Below, piece after piece: positions 12,371-23,772 of a stretch of 64,000 nt of DNA; the stretch's first letter is position 1, and each line of letters begins with the position of its first letter. The stretch is taken from contig JBODTK010000119.1 of NCBI GenBank assembly GCA_050613775.1, forward strand, positions 434,001 through 498,000, given 5' to 3'. Source of the stretch: Neocallimastix sp. 'constans'. Its lineage: Eukaryota. The notes below the pieces were generated by a model. It worked only from the letters and a program-made list of their open reading frames with translations. It made no database searches and was not told the DNA's origin. The position numbers and the translations under genes are program-made.

Positions 12371-12600
12371 CTATCATCATCTTTATTATTATCATCCATT
12401 AATTCTTGGATGACTTTCCTGGTTTCACCAATTGAGGTTAAAACACAGGCATAAAATATAATCTTGGAGTCTTCAACATGTTCAAGCTTTATCCAAAGCT
12501 CTAAATCAGACTTCCAAGTTTTAACATCTAAATTTTCTTTGGATATTTTTTCAATATCCTTAAGTTCTTTTTTTAAATCTTTAAAATTAATTGAACTCAT
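11650..12600 (-). CDS. gag: Gag with acidic insert and CCHC knuckle
   Basis: CYFCKEPGHYQNNC; lies upstream of pol. Confidence 0.93.
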
Positions 12601-12970
12601 TTTAAAAAAAACACACTTTTAAAAAAAAATAAAATAAAAAAATTGATTTATTAATTATTTAATTGCTATATTTTTATTTATTTATTTATTTATTTACAAT
12701 TAAAATTATATATTTAAGTAATTTATATCTCTAGTGAGACGTTTCCGGCTAGTGTATATTTAATTTTGCTATATACACCCGTACTCCCCCTCCTGGACAC
12801 TAGAATAAATATAAATTAATAAACTAGTTGGAGTGTTCACTATTCTTTCAAGCTAATAACCCCTTTCGTTTATCTTTACTTAAATAAAAAAAATATATAC
12901 AATTATTTACAAAAAAAATTTTTTTTTTTTTTAATATAGCAATTAAAAATATTTAAAAACACAAAAATTA

Positions 12971-13001
<31 letters not shown>

Positions 13002-13589
13002 ATTTATTTATTTATTTGTTATCGGTTATTATTACAATATTTACAATTACAATTACAATTACAATTATTATTAAGTTTATATAATTACAACTTAAAAAAA
13101 ACAAATAAACTTAATTAAAAACAAGGTAAATTAACAAACCTAATACAACTTGAAAAACCGCTATCTATTACAACTGCCGACCACGCAGAGGGACCTTAGT
13201 ATTTCGGTATACTAAGTGAATTTGCCTGAGTCAAGTGGAGGAGCACCCAAACCGTGTTGAACGTATAATGGGTGATCTATAGGGTAATTTCTGCTTCCCA
13301 ACAGTATTTACCGCTATATCTAATCGGGGTTCGATTAGTTCGTAACCGGCCCCTCTCCAAACACCTGATTAAACCACTCGCAATTATAGAATTATCTATA
13401 ACTGCTTAGTACGCAGTAAACTCAGTATATAGTTTTATTTGGAGCACGCGAAGACCAAATAAAACTGATGTTAATTTTTATTACTACCACAACAACAACA
13501 ATCACAACAACAACACCAACCACAACAACAACACAAAAACCGATAACAATAAAAAAAAAATTTGATGATGATGATTGTAAAAGTGTAAA

Positions 13590-13647
<58 letters not shown>

Positions 13648-13744
13648 TAATTTAATTTAATTTAATTCTATTAAATTTAATTTAAAAAAATTATTCTCAT
13701 AATTCCAAAAAAAAAATAAGTCCTAGTAGTTCCAATTTCCTTCT

Positions 13745-14162
13745 TGGTCTTCTCCTTCTTGGTCTCTTCTTCTTGGTCTTCTTCTTGGTTTTCTTCTTGG
13801 TCTTCTTCTTGGTTTTCTTCTTGGTCTTCTTCTTGGTTTTCTTCTTGGTTTTCTTCTTGGTTTTCTTCTTGGTTTTCTTCTTGGTCTTCTTCTTGGTTTT
13901 CTTCTTGGTCTTCTTCTTGGTTTTCTTCTTGGTTTTCTTCTTGGTTTTCTTCTTGGTTTTCTTCTTGGTCTTCTTCTTGGTCTTCTTCTTGGTTTTCTTC
14001 TTGGTCTTTTTCTTGGTCTTCTTCCACTTGGTTTTCTTCTTGATCTTCTTTTTCTTGGTCTTCTTCCACTTGGTTTTCTTCTCGATCTTCTTTTTCTTGG
14101 TCTTCTTCCACTTGGTCTACTTCTTCTTCTTCTTCTTCTTCTTCTACTTCTTCTTCTTCTTC

Positions 14163-14194
<32 letters not shown>

Positions 14195-14291
14195 CTTCTT
14201 CTTCTTCTTCTTCTTCTTCTTCTTCTTCTTCTTCTTCTTCTTCTTCTTCTTCTTCTTCTTCTTCTTCTTCTTCTTCTTCTTCTTCTTCTTC

Positions 14292-14323
<32 letters not shown>

Positions 14324-14329
14324 CTTCTT
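13745..14329. repeat. (TTC)n microsatellite (~14120-14329) plus 12-bp minisatellite TCTTCTTGGT(T/C)T in the E2 leader
   Basis: Directly visible; begins immediately 3' of the PBS on the element strand. Confidence 0.95.
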
Positions 14330-15398
14330 CCCCGATATCTCCACCAATTTTGGTAGACTCGGGGTTGACACTTAGATATTTAAAATCAAGCAGGGGGGGA
14401 CGGGTATTACCCTGCTTTGATTTTAAATAAAAAAAAAAAATAATAATTTTTTTTTTTAAAAGTTATTTATTTATTTTTTTTTATTAATATAAAATTTTTT
14501 ATTTAAAGTACACACATTTAATTTTTAAGAAATTGTTACAATATTTATATTTTTTTATAAATTTAAAGTATAATTAATTGTTTATAATTTAAGTAATTTT
14601 ATAGAATTATTGAATTAATTTTATATCAATAATTCATTTTTGTTTTAATTTTTATAAATATAATAATATAATATTCAAATATAATTTAATTAAAAATAAT
14701 TATAAAATAAATATATAGAAAATAGTTTTTACTATTTTCTTTGATATTTTTAAGTTAAATAAATTGTTTTTAAAGATTAATATAATAAATTTAATAATCT
14801 TTAATTATTTTAAATAATACTTGTAATTATTTTCAAAATAAAATAAAATTTTTATAATATTTAATTAATAAATTTGATAATATTTAAATAATAATTTTTA
14901 TAATAAGTAAAATTTTTAATAATAATTTTTAATAATAAATTTAATTAATAATCTTAATAATTTTATAATAATATTTAATAGTTATAATATATAAATTTTT
15001 ATAATAATATTTAATAATTTTAATAATTTTATAATATTAATAATTTATAATAATTTTTAGAATAATATTTAATTAATAATTTTAATAATTTTATAATAAT
15101 TTTTATAATAATATTTAATTAATATTTTTAATAATTTAGTATCTTAAAAGTATAATTTTAATATTTACAATTGTATTTTAATATATACATATATTTAATA
15201 ATATAACAATAAAGTGATTAATTAAAATTTATTTACATTATTTACAAATTAAAATTAATTTATATCAAAATAAATTAAATTTACAATGAGGTTTAGGTTA
15301 TGAAGAATATAGGAAAGTACAATTTAGTAAAGAATTATTAATAATAAAATAAAGGTTATTAATTCATTCTTTAGCACGAATCTTAAAAATAATTAACT

Positions 15399-15452
15399 TG
15401 TCTTAGTTGTTAGTAACTAAGTCACCGATTTGAACTTCTCGAGTTCAAATCC
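15399..15452 (+). promoter_or_regulatory. Pol III type-2-like A box (degenerate TGTCTTAGTTG) and B box (GAGTTCAAATCC) in the C LTR; second copy at 29651-29704
   Basis: B box fits GTTCRANNC; A-to-B spacing 44 nt as in tRNA genes; T5 run at 15463-15467. Confidence 0.6.
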
Positions 15453-15921
15453 GCATAATTTCTTTTTATAAAAAAATTTATTTTAAAAAATTCTTATCTT
15501 ATCAAAAATTATTTTAAAAAGTTCTTATCTTATCAAAAAAAATTTTTTTTTATCAAAAATTTTATCAAATTATCTTAATTGGTTTAAAATTACATCATAA
15601 AAAATTTCTTTTGAAAATTTTTTGTATAAATACGAGTGAATTTTTCTTCAAAAAATATTTTTAAAAAATCGTGTTTTTTATTAATTATTTAATAAGTAAT
15701 TTAATTACAAATTTTTAATTAATAAATAAAAAAAAAAAATAAAAATAAAAATAAATTTTAACTTTAAAAAAAATAATAAATTCTTTTTTATTAAAAAACT
15801 TTTTACTTATTTATTTTTTATACAAACCTAGTGGTGTTAATTATTTTGGGTTACGCCCCGAATTCACGTTACAATAAAAAACACCACTGAAAAGAACCAC
15901 TACCTTTGTATAAATTCTTTC

Positions 15922-16099
15922 TTTTGGTTTCTACCCTTCAAGATATACTTTTGGTTTCTACCCTTCAAGATATACTTTTGGTTTCTACCCTTCAAGATAT
16001 ACTTTTGTTTCTACCCTTCAAGATATACTTTTGGTTTCTACCCTTCAAGATATACTTTTGGTTTCTACCCTCCAAGAAATACTTTTGGTTTCTACCTTC
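15922..16099 (+). repeat. 27-bp tandem repeat (TTTTGGTTTCTACCCTTCAAGATATAC) in the C leader, about 6.5 copies; continues at 24708-24780
   Basis: Directly visible; split by the solo LTR S insertion. Confidence 0.9.
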
Positions 16100-16597
16100 T
16101 GTAACGAAATCTTCATGATAAGAATGTACTAAATAATGCATTCTTAATTAAATCTACGATTTATTTCTAATACATTATGTGTACATTATTATTTTTGTAC
16201 TTTAATAAATTTTTAAATCCAAAGATCAAAAATTAAATCAAAAATTATATTAAACTTTATATTTTTATATTAAATCTTATATTAATAGTAATATTTTTAT
16301 ATATTTAAAACTTATATTAGCAATATTAATAATAAATCTTATTTTTTTTATATTAATAATGAAAATTTATATTAATAATATTTTTATATATTGATAATTA
16401 AAAATTTATATATTATATTTTAACTTTTTATTATAAAATTTTATATCGAAATGTTTTATTTTATATTGAAAAATATTTTATTTTATTAAAAACCTTTATA
16501 TTAGAATAGTATTTTTATTTTTATTTGAATATTTTAACAGATTGTAATAAAAATTTTAGCCAATTAAATAAATTCTTATTAGTAATATTTTAGATAG

Positions 16598-16645
<48 letters not shown>

Positions 16646-18314
16646 TATTAATATTATAAATGCATTTTATTTATATTGTTATAATTAAATTTTATATAAT
16701 TGATTATAAAAATCAATTTAAATTTAATAGTTTCATATATAAAAAGAAAAATAATAATAAAATGTAATTTAGTGGCAAGAACAACTTTTATGCCTTGAAA
16801 AAAAAGTATAAATAGTTGTAAATTTTGCTACTAATTTTTAAATATCATCAAATAAAATCAAATAAATTTATAAATAAAAATAATAAATAAATAAATAAAA
16901 TTTGTGTTTCCTTACTTTATTTTTATTTAATTCTCTAAAACCTTAACATTTATATGGTGGAGATATCGGGGAATTAAATAGAAATAATAGTAAATAACAT
17001 AGATTTTTTTTTAATTTTTTTTTTATTTTATATTGATAAACAAGTAAGTCGTTAATCCTTTGATTAACCCATGGCGCTTGTTTGATATATATATATAAAA
17101 AAATTTTTTTTAAATAAGTAAAATTAAGATTCTAAAAAAACAAATTTTGTAAAATTATAACAAGGAGCGGATAGAGCTCATACACAGTGTATTCTCAGAT
17201 AGCAACAAATTAACTCTATTCATAGTAGGTTATTGAATAGTAGTTAATTTGGAGATTAATTGGAAAGTAGACGAAGGTATTTGGTTACCGACCCGGTAAT
17301 AATAGTTCAACCTTCAACGTTTCAACACACGAAGGTGCGGGTACTTTCCAAGCACTGGCGAATAAGGAGCTTACGTCACCGAAGGCGTAAGATTGTTTTT
17401 TTTATATAATTTTTTTTACTTTTCTTTGTGCTAGTTATAAGGCACTTTATTATATAAAGTATCAGACTTTGGCTAACTTCGCCATTTAAATTTTTTTTAT
17501 TTTTTTTTATTACTGGTACTTTATTTGTTATATAATTCCTGTAATAGAATCTTAATTTACTTTGAAAATATTGTGTTTTTAGTTAATTTTTATTAGTTAA
17601 TAAAAATATTATTGAATACTTTTAAAATTTTTTTATTCCGTACATAGATTATCGGATTAAGTTTATCCTACATAGTAATTGGGCTAGTGGGCTCTGAACT
17701 GCTATATTTTATATTGAATATAGTAATCGTGGCACACGCGTGGCATGACACCATTAGGTAAGCTGCACGTCAGACAGTGTGTACTATCAGATTGTACGAC
17801 AATAAAGATTATTTTTTTGTATTTAATAATTATAATTAATTAATAATTTTATTAGCTATAACAATACAATATTTATCGTTTAAAAAGAAAAATTTTTGAA
17901 AGGTGAAAATAATAAATAAAACTTTGCTTCTAAATTTATTACTACAAATATACTAAATTACAAAATTCAAGTGGTCGATAAAGATTTCGAGCTTGAAAAA
18001 TATTCTATTAAGTTGTCGATAAAGATTTCGAACTTAAAATTATTCTATTAAGTTGTCGATAAAGATTTCGAACTTAAAATTATTCTTAAAAAAGTAGTCG
18101 AAAAGAACCTCGTGCTTTATAATTTCTACTAAGTTGTCGATAAGGATTTCGAGCTTATATCTACTAAAGAAAGCAAATAAAATTATTATTTTCAAAAGTT
18201 ACTAAAATATATTGTTTTAAAAATTGATTCGATATTAAATTACCTATTAAATTACATTTTGAAAGTTGGATTTCCCAAATTTATTTGTATTTAATCACCT
18301 CATATTTAGACAAA

Positions 18315-19226
18315 ATGTCCAAAGAAACAACTTTGAGCTTTAAAGAATTGAAAAAAGAATTGAGAGATATTGTGAAACTTAGCAAGGACAATTTAGATAT
18401 TAAGTCCTGGGCTACTGAATTGAAACTTTGGATCAAGATACAAGGTATCACAGATCCAGAAACAATATTTAATGCTTGTTTACTTACCAGCTCTGGTGAA
18501 GTACAACGCGTTATTGAAGATTTGGGAGAAGATAGTGATGATGAAAGTGATGATTCATCAGATGAAGAAGAAGAACATGATGAAGAAGAAAATGTTGATG
18601 ATGATATTAAATTTCCTTCTCTTGGAAAAATTATTTCAAGTCTTGAAAATTTTTACGGTATTAAAGAAGACCAAAATTTACTTCTTAAAGAACTTCGTGC
18701 AATGCGAATTAAAAGAAACGAAAAGATTAAGGACTTTAATGTAAGATATAGAACTTTGTACACTAAACTTGATAAAAAGAGAAGAAAGCGCATCGGTGTA
18801 CTAGATTATATTGATTCTATTCAAAATAATTATGAAGCCTGGAAGAAATTATCCCTTAAAGATGATATAAGTATGGAGAAAGCTTTCAAAATTGCCGAGA
18901 AAGTAGATAGACTTTCTGTAAGGAACAATAATATTAATACCTATAATGTTAATAATTCCCAGCATAATCAAAATAATCAAAACAGTACTACTTCAAGACT
19001 TTATCCTAAAAGAAGAAACGAAACTTTCCAAACAAGTCAAACAAATAATAAACTGAAACCTCAAGATATTATAGAAGAATCAACCCAGAAAATGAGAAAT
19101 TTATCTGTTAAAACTTGCTTCTTCTGTAAGGAAGAAGGTCATTACTCATACTATTGCCCTCAATTAAATAAGATTATGGAAAAAAATAAAAAAGAAATAT
19201 ATTCCAAAAAGTCTTTAAACTTCTAA
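18315..19226 (+). CDS. gag: Gag with CCHC knuckle
   Basis: ATG at 18315 (MSKETTLSFKELKKEL); CFFCKEEGHYSYYC; homologous to E2 Gag. Confidence 0.93.
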   Translation: MSKETTLSFKELKKELRDIVKLSKDNLDIKSWATELKLWIKIQGITDPETIFNACLLTSSGEVQRVIEDLGEDSDDESDDSSDEEEEHDEEENVDDDIKFPSLGKIISSLENFYGIKEDQNLLLKELRAMRIKRNEKIKDFNVRYRTLYTKLDKKRRKRIGVLDYIDSIQNNYEAWKKLSLKDDISMEKAFKIAEKVDRLSVRNNNINTYNVNNSQHNQNNQNSTTSRLYPKRRNETFQTSQTNNKLKPQDIIEESTQKMRNLSVKTCFFCKEEGHYSYYCPQLNKIMEKNKKEIYSKKSLNF

Positions 19227-19266
19227 ATGGGAGCAGAAGCACTCCCAATGACAAAACAATAGCTTC
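19214..19266 (+). promoter_or_regulatory. -1 frameshift signal: U UUA AAC plus H-type pseudoknot
   Basis: UUUAAAC at 19214-19220; stems UGGGAG/CUCCCA and GAAGC/GCUUC; the -1 frame is open into pol. Confidence 0.85.
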
Positions 19267-22200
19267 ATTAAATAATTTACAAAATAATACTTTTACTAAG
19301 AATACTCCAATTGATAATAATTCCTTTAATGAAGAATCTGAAGAATCTGATTTTAGTGACACAACTGAAAGTGAGGATGATATCATTATAAATGCTATAA
19401 AAAGAAAAATGAATGATAATAACAGCGAAAAAGAAGAAAATAATTCCAAGAAAGTACATAAAAGTTTAAAAGATAATCCACGTCCTTTCGCAACTCCTGC
19501 TTTAAGAAAGAAGAAAGAAAATGAGCTACATAATAAACCAAATAAAGTTTATAAAAATCAAATACTTCCTTCAATTTTAACTCAACCAAATATTAACAAA
19601 GAAAAACAAAAAGAAAAGGAATTAAGAAAAATAACAAGAGTAAGAGAAAGTAAAGAAGAAAACAACAATTATTCATCAAAAGGAAAGGAAAAAGTTGAAT
19701 CTGAAGATATACTCGTAATCGATAATGAAATAGAAGATCTAGAAATGAATAAAGATAATCAACAAAATAAAACTAATACTTTGGAAAAATTAATTTCAAC
19801 AAAAACTAAAGAAACTAATAATGGAAATACTCAGTTAGTAAAAAGGAATATTAAAATGATGAATAATAAAGAACCTTACAATATTATGGATGATTTAAAT
19901 AATCTTAAATCCAGTATTACGATAGGTCAACTCTTGAATGCATGTCCGAAAATTCGTTCACAATTAACTCAAGGTTTAAAGTTAGAAAAGTCTAAAATAA
20001 TTGGGACTGTAGACAATGTAATAGCACGAACTTTATTAGTAAATAACTATGATCATAGCTACATAAGTAAAAGTAATGAAGTAGCCGAAGAAGACTTAGC
20101 AATGGTTGATGCAAGTGTTGACGGAGTACTAGGAAAACTTTTAATTGATTCTTGTAGTAACCTAAGCATCGTTACTAAGCAGTATTTTGATAAATTACCT
20201 GGTGAATATGAAACAGTTGGAAAAAGTCGTGGAAGAATCCAACTAGCAACACAAGATGAAGAATACTCGGAAGGAATTATTGTTCGATTACCAGTAAAAA
20301 TTAATAATTATGAATTTAATGCGGACTTTAGAATTATTGAGAAAGAAGACTCTTTTTATGATATGTTAATAAACTTTAAAACTCAAATCGATCATTGTTT
20401 ATTTATTCATCCGACCTTAAACAGTTTATGTAAACTTTTGTCAGAAAGTGAATACGAAGAAATAGCTAAAATAAATAATCAATATTATGATGAAGAAAGT
20501 ATAATTTGCACTATTAGAAAAGTTAAAGAAACGAATAATGAAAAGGAAATTATAAAGGAATTAACTCCAATGGAATTTATTGAGAGTGATGAATTTTTAA
20601 GTACCTTAAATAAAGATTATAAAGAACAAATTATTAAAATTCTCAAAGAAATGATTGACATAGTTGCCACTTCAACAGAAGAACTAACTCCTTCTAAACT
20701 TTCACCACATAAGATCCGTTTAAAAGCAAATGCAAAGCCAGTAAAATTAAGAAGTTATAGGTTAACTAAATTAAAATCAGATATCTTAAAAGAAGAACTT
20801 ACAAAACTTATTAAGAAAGGATTGATAGAACCATCCTGTTCAGAATGGTCATCTCCAGTAGTACTTATTCTAAAACACAATGGAAAGTGGCGCTTGTGCA
20901 TTGACTACCGAAAAGTCAATGATATGACAGAAAAAGATTCTTATTCAGTTCCATATATAGATGAAATTTTTGATAGTCTCGGAGGATCTAAAATATTTAC
21001 AACTCTTGATTTATTTTCTGGTTTTCACCAAATCTTAATGGATGAAGAAAGCGTTGAAGTAACCACTTTCACTACTAAGTTTGGAAATTATCAATTTAAG
21101 GTTATGCCTTTTGGACTTACTGGAGCTCCCTCAACCTTCCAAAGAGAAATGAATAAAATTTTATTCCCTTTTATTGGTGAATTTGTTTATGTATTTATTG
21201 ATGATGTTTTGATCTATTCAAAAAGTATCGAAGAACATTTAATTCATATTAAACAAGTATTAGAAGTATTTAAAGAAAACAAGTTAAAAATTAATATTGA
21301 AAAGTGCCATTTTCTTCAAACTGAAGTTGATGTATTAGGTCACAAACTTACTACTAAAGGATTAAGTCCCATGGAAAGTAAGATAACAGCTATTAAGAAG
21401 TGGGAAGCCCCTTCATCACTTCATGAATTAAGATCATTTTTAGGAGCAGTGGGATATTATCGTGATTTTATTCCTAAATATGCTCAAATTACCTCACCTT
21501 TATGTAAATTATTGAAAAAGAATACTAAATATGAATGGAATAAAGAACAACAAGAAAGCTTTGAACTCCTAAAAGAAAAATTAATCAATGCACCTATTCT
21601 AAAATTTCCGTCATTTGACAAACCTTTTATCATTAGAACTGATGCTTCGTATAATGGAATTGGTGGAGTTCTTTTACAAAAAGAAGAAGAAACCGGTAAG
21701 GAGCATCCAATACACTTTATAAGTAGAAGTTTAAAGAAAGCTGAAAAGAATTATGGTATTACCGATTTAGAAGGAACCGCTTTGTTTTACTGTATGACTA
21801 AATTTAAATCTTATATTGAAGGAAATCCATTACCTACAACTATTTACACAGATCATAAACCATTAGTTGGTTTATTTAAGAATAAAGAACCTTTGAATGC
21901 AAGGCAAACAAGATGGTGTCTAACCGCTAGTATGCTTGGAATTAATATAAAATATGAATCAGGCAAAAAGAATGTGTTAGCTGATGCTCTTTCAAGAATG
22001 AAAAGTAAGGAAGAGAGAAAGATATTATTAACAAAAATTACTAATGGAAATAATGAAGAATTATTATCTAAGGTTATAAAGGAATTTATTAATGAAAAGT
22101 TTACTGTTATTGATGGTGAAGATTACTTTATCGACAATGGAAATTATAGAAAATTAATAACGGACGAAAATGAAAGGTTTAAATTAATTTTAGAAGCTCA

Positions 22201-23224
22201 TAATATTGGCCACGAAGGATATTACAAAACATATCAAAGACTTAAGAAAAACTTTTATTGGAATCATATGATTAAAGATATCAAAAGAATTGTTAGTAAT
22301 TGTGAAAAATGCCAATTAAATCGTCCTCAACCATATCCAGAACCAACCGAAAACCATCCAACTAAAGTGGAGGGTCCCTTTGTGCATTTAGGATTAGATA
22401 TTATAGGACCGTTACCAAAAACAAGAAATAATAATCAATATATTATAGTAACTGTTGATTACTTTACCAAATGGGTTGAAGCCGAACCCACTGAAAACAT
22501 AACTTCCTCTGATATAATTAAATTTTTAATAAACGTTTTTGCAAGACATGGTGTACCTCAAGTTATTACTACTGATAATGGAGTCCAATTCACTTCTGAT
22601 ATGACTAAAATCTTTCTTGATCTTTATGATGTATATGTTAAATTTGTAGCTACTTACCACCCTGAATCAAATGGCCTTACTGAAAATCGAAATAAAGAAA
22701 TTGGAAAATTACTCCGTTTATTAGGAAGGAAAAATCAAGATTGGGATGAAGTTTTACCTTCTGCTTTATGGGCACTTCGAACTACCAAAAATACAGCTAC
22801 TGGACATTCTAGTTTTGAATTAGTATATGGAAGAGAAGACCAACAGCCTTATGATATAGCCATAAGAACAATTGAAAATGCAGGTAAATCATATGATGAA
22901 ATCTTAATGGAAAAATTTGTTCGTCATTATCAATGGACTAGAGAAGCATGCGAAAATGTGAAGAATGCTAACAAGTATTGGGCAACAAGACGAGAAGAAC
23001 AAATAAGTATGAAAAAAGGAAAAGAATTAAAGGCTGGTGATCTTGTTCTTGTTAGAAACTTTAGCCGCACTAAGCTAGAACCATATTACAATGGACCATT
23101 TAAAATTTTAAAAATTCAATTCAACACGGCAACCCTAATCGATCAGAAGACTGGAAAGCAACTCGATAGGAATGTTCACTTTAAAAATTTAGTAAAGTTT
23201 AACTCCGCTTACAGAGAAGCTTGA
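19214..23224 (+). CDS. pol: Pol polyprotein PR-RT-RNaseH-IN
   Basis: LIDSCS, FIDD, TDAS, HHCC/DDE, GPF motif; frame open from the slippery site, upstream of the ATG at 19409. Confidence 0.95.
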   Translation, partial: FKLLNGSRSTPNDKTIASLNNLQNNTFTKNTPIDNNSFNEESEESDFSDTTESEDDIIINAIKRKMNDNNSEKEENNSKKVHKSLKDNPRPFATPALRKKKENELHNKPNKVYKNQILPSILTQPNINKEKQKEKELRKITRVRESKEENNNYSSKGKEKVESEDILVIDNEIEDLEMNKDNQQNKTNTLEKLISTKTKETNNGNTQLVKRNIKMMNNKEPYNIMDDLNNLKSSITIGQLLNACPKIRSQLTQGLKLEKSKIIGTVDNVIARTLLVNNYDHSYISKSNEVAEEDLAMVDASVDGVLGKLLIDSCSNLSIVTKQYFDKLPGEYETVGKSRGRIQLATQDEEYSEGIIVRLPVKINNYEFNADFRIIEKEDSFYDMLINFKTQIDHCLFIHPTLNSLCKLLSESEYEEIAKINNQYYDEESIICTIRKVKETNNEKEIIKELTPMEFIESDEFLSTLNKDYKEQIIKILKEMIDIVATSTEELTPSKLSPHKIRLKANAKPVKLRSYRLTKLKSDILKEELTKLIKKGLIEPSCSEWSSPVVLILKHNGKWRLCIDYRKVNDMTEKDSYSVPYIDEIFDSLGGSKIFTTLDLFSGFHQILMDEESVEVTTFTTKFGNYQFKVMPFGLTGAPSTFQREMNKILFPFIGEFVYVFIDDVLIYSKSIEEHLIHIKQVLEVFKENKLKINIEKCHFLQTEVDVLGHKLTTKGLSPMESKITAIKKWEAPSSLHELRSFLGAVGYYRDFIPKYAQITSPLCKLLKKNTKYEWNKEQQESFELLKEKLINAPILKFPSFDKPFIIRTDASYNGIGGVLLQKEEETGKEHPIHFISRSLKKAEKNYGITDLEGTALFYCMTKFKSYIEGNPLPTTIYTDHKPLVGLFKNKEPLNARQTRWCLTASMLGINIKYESGKKNVLADALSRMKSKEERKILLTKITNGNNEELLSKVIKEFINEKFTVIDGEDYFIDNGNYRKLITDENERFKLILEAHNIGHEGYYKTYQRLKKNFYWNHMIKDIKRIVSNCEKCQLNRPQPYPEPTENHPTKVEGPFVHLGLDIIGPLPKTRNNNQYIIVTVDYFTKWVEAEPTENITSSDIIKFLINVFARHGVPQVITTDNGVQFTSDMTKIFLDLYDVYVKFVATYHPESNGLTENRNKEIGKLLRLLGRKNQDWDEVLPSALWALRTTKNTATGHSSFELVYGREDQQPYDIAIRTIENAGKSYDEILMEKFVRHYQWTREACENVKNANKYWATRREEQISMKKGKELKAGDLVLVRNFSRTKLEPYYNGPFKILKIQFNTATLIDQKTGKQLDRNVHFKNLVKFNSAYREA

Positions 23225-23724
23225 GTCTTCGTCGGGGCATCTTGATAAGAATGTACTAAATAATGCATTCTTAATTAAATCTACGATTTATTTCTAATAC
23301 ATTATGTGTACATTATTATTTTTGTACTTTAATAAATTTTTAAATCCAAAGATCAAAAATTAAATCAAAAATTATATTAAACTTTATATTTTTATATTAA
23401 ATCTTATATTAATAGTAATATTTTTATATATTTAAAACTTATATTAGCAATATTAATAATAAATCTTATTTTTTTTATATTAATAATGAAAATTTATATT
23501 AATAATATTTTTATATATTGATAATTAAAAATTTATATATTATATTTTAACTTTTTATTATAAAATTTTATATCGAAATGTTTTATTTTATATTGAAAAA
23601 TATTTTATTTTATTAAAAACCTTTATATTAGAATAGTATTTTTATTTTTATTTGAATATTTTAACAGATTGTAATAAAAATTTTAGCCAATTAAATAAAT
23701 TCTTATTAGTAATATTTTAGATAG

Positions 23725-23772
<48 letters not shown>

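Larger units (their letters stand above)
6554..15376 (-). mobile_element. Full-length Ty3/gypsy element E2 (LTRs 6554-7580 and 14351-15376), no chromodomain
   Basis: Near-identical ~1026-bp LTRs; tRNA-Ala PBS 14330-14346; PPT AGAGGGGGCATCA 7581-7593; intact gag and pol; CGAA TSD at 6550-6553 and 15377-15380. Confidence 0.95.

Noticed and set aside
13160..13240. HDV-like or hammerhead ribozyme in the E2/EB leader
   Set aside because: GGCGAAU and UCUGCGU resemble HDV motifs, but I could not assemble the nested pseudoknot; no CUGAUGA/GAAA core
13744..14375. VFFL and SSWF repeat ORFs on the + strand
   Set aside because: Translation artefacts of the micro/minisatellite
15922..16099. CRISPR-like arrays (27-bp, 40-bp and 41-bp repeats)
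   Set aside because: Contiguous repeats without unique spacers, no cas genes, located inside retrotransposon leaders
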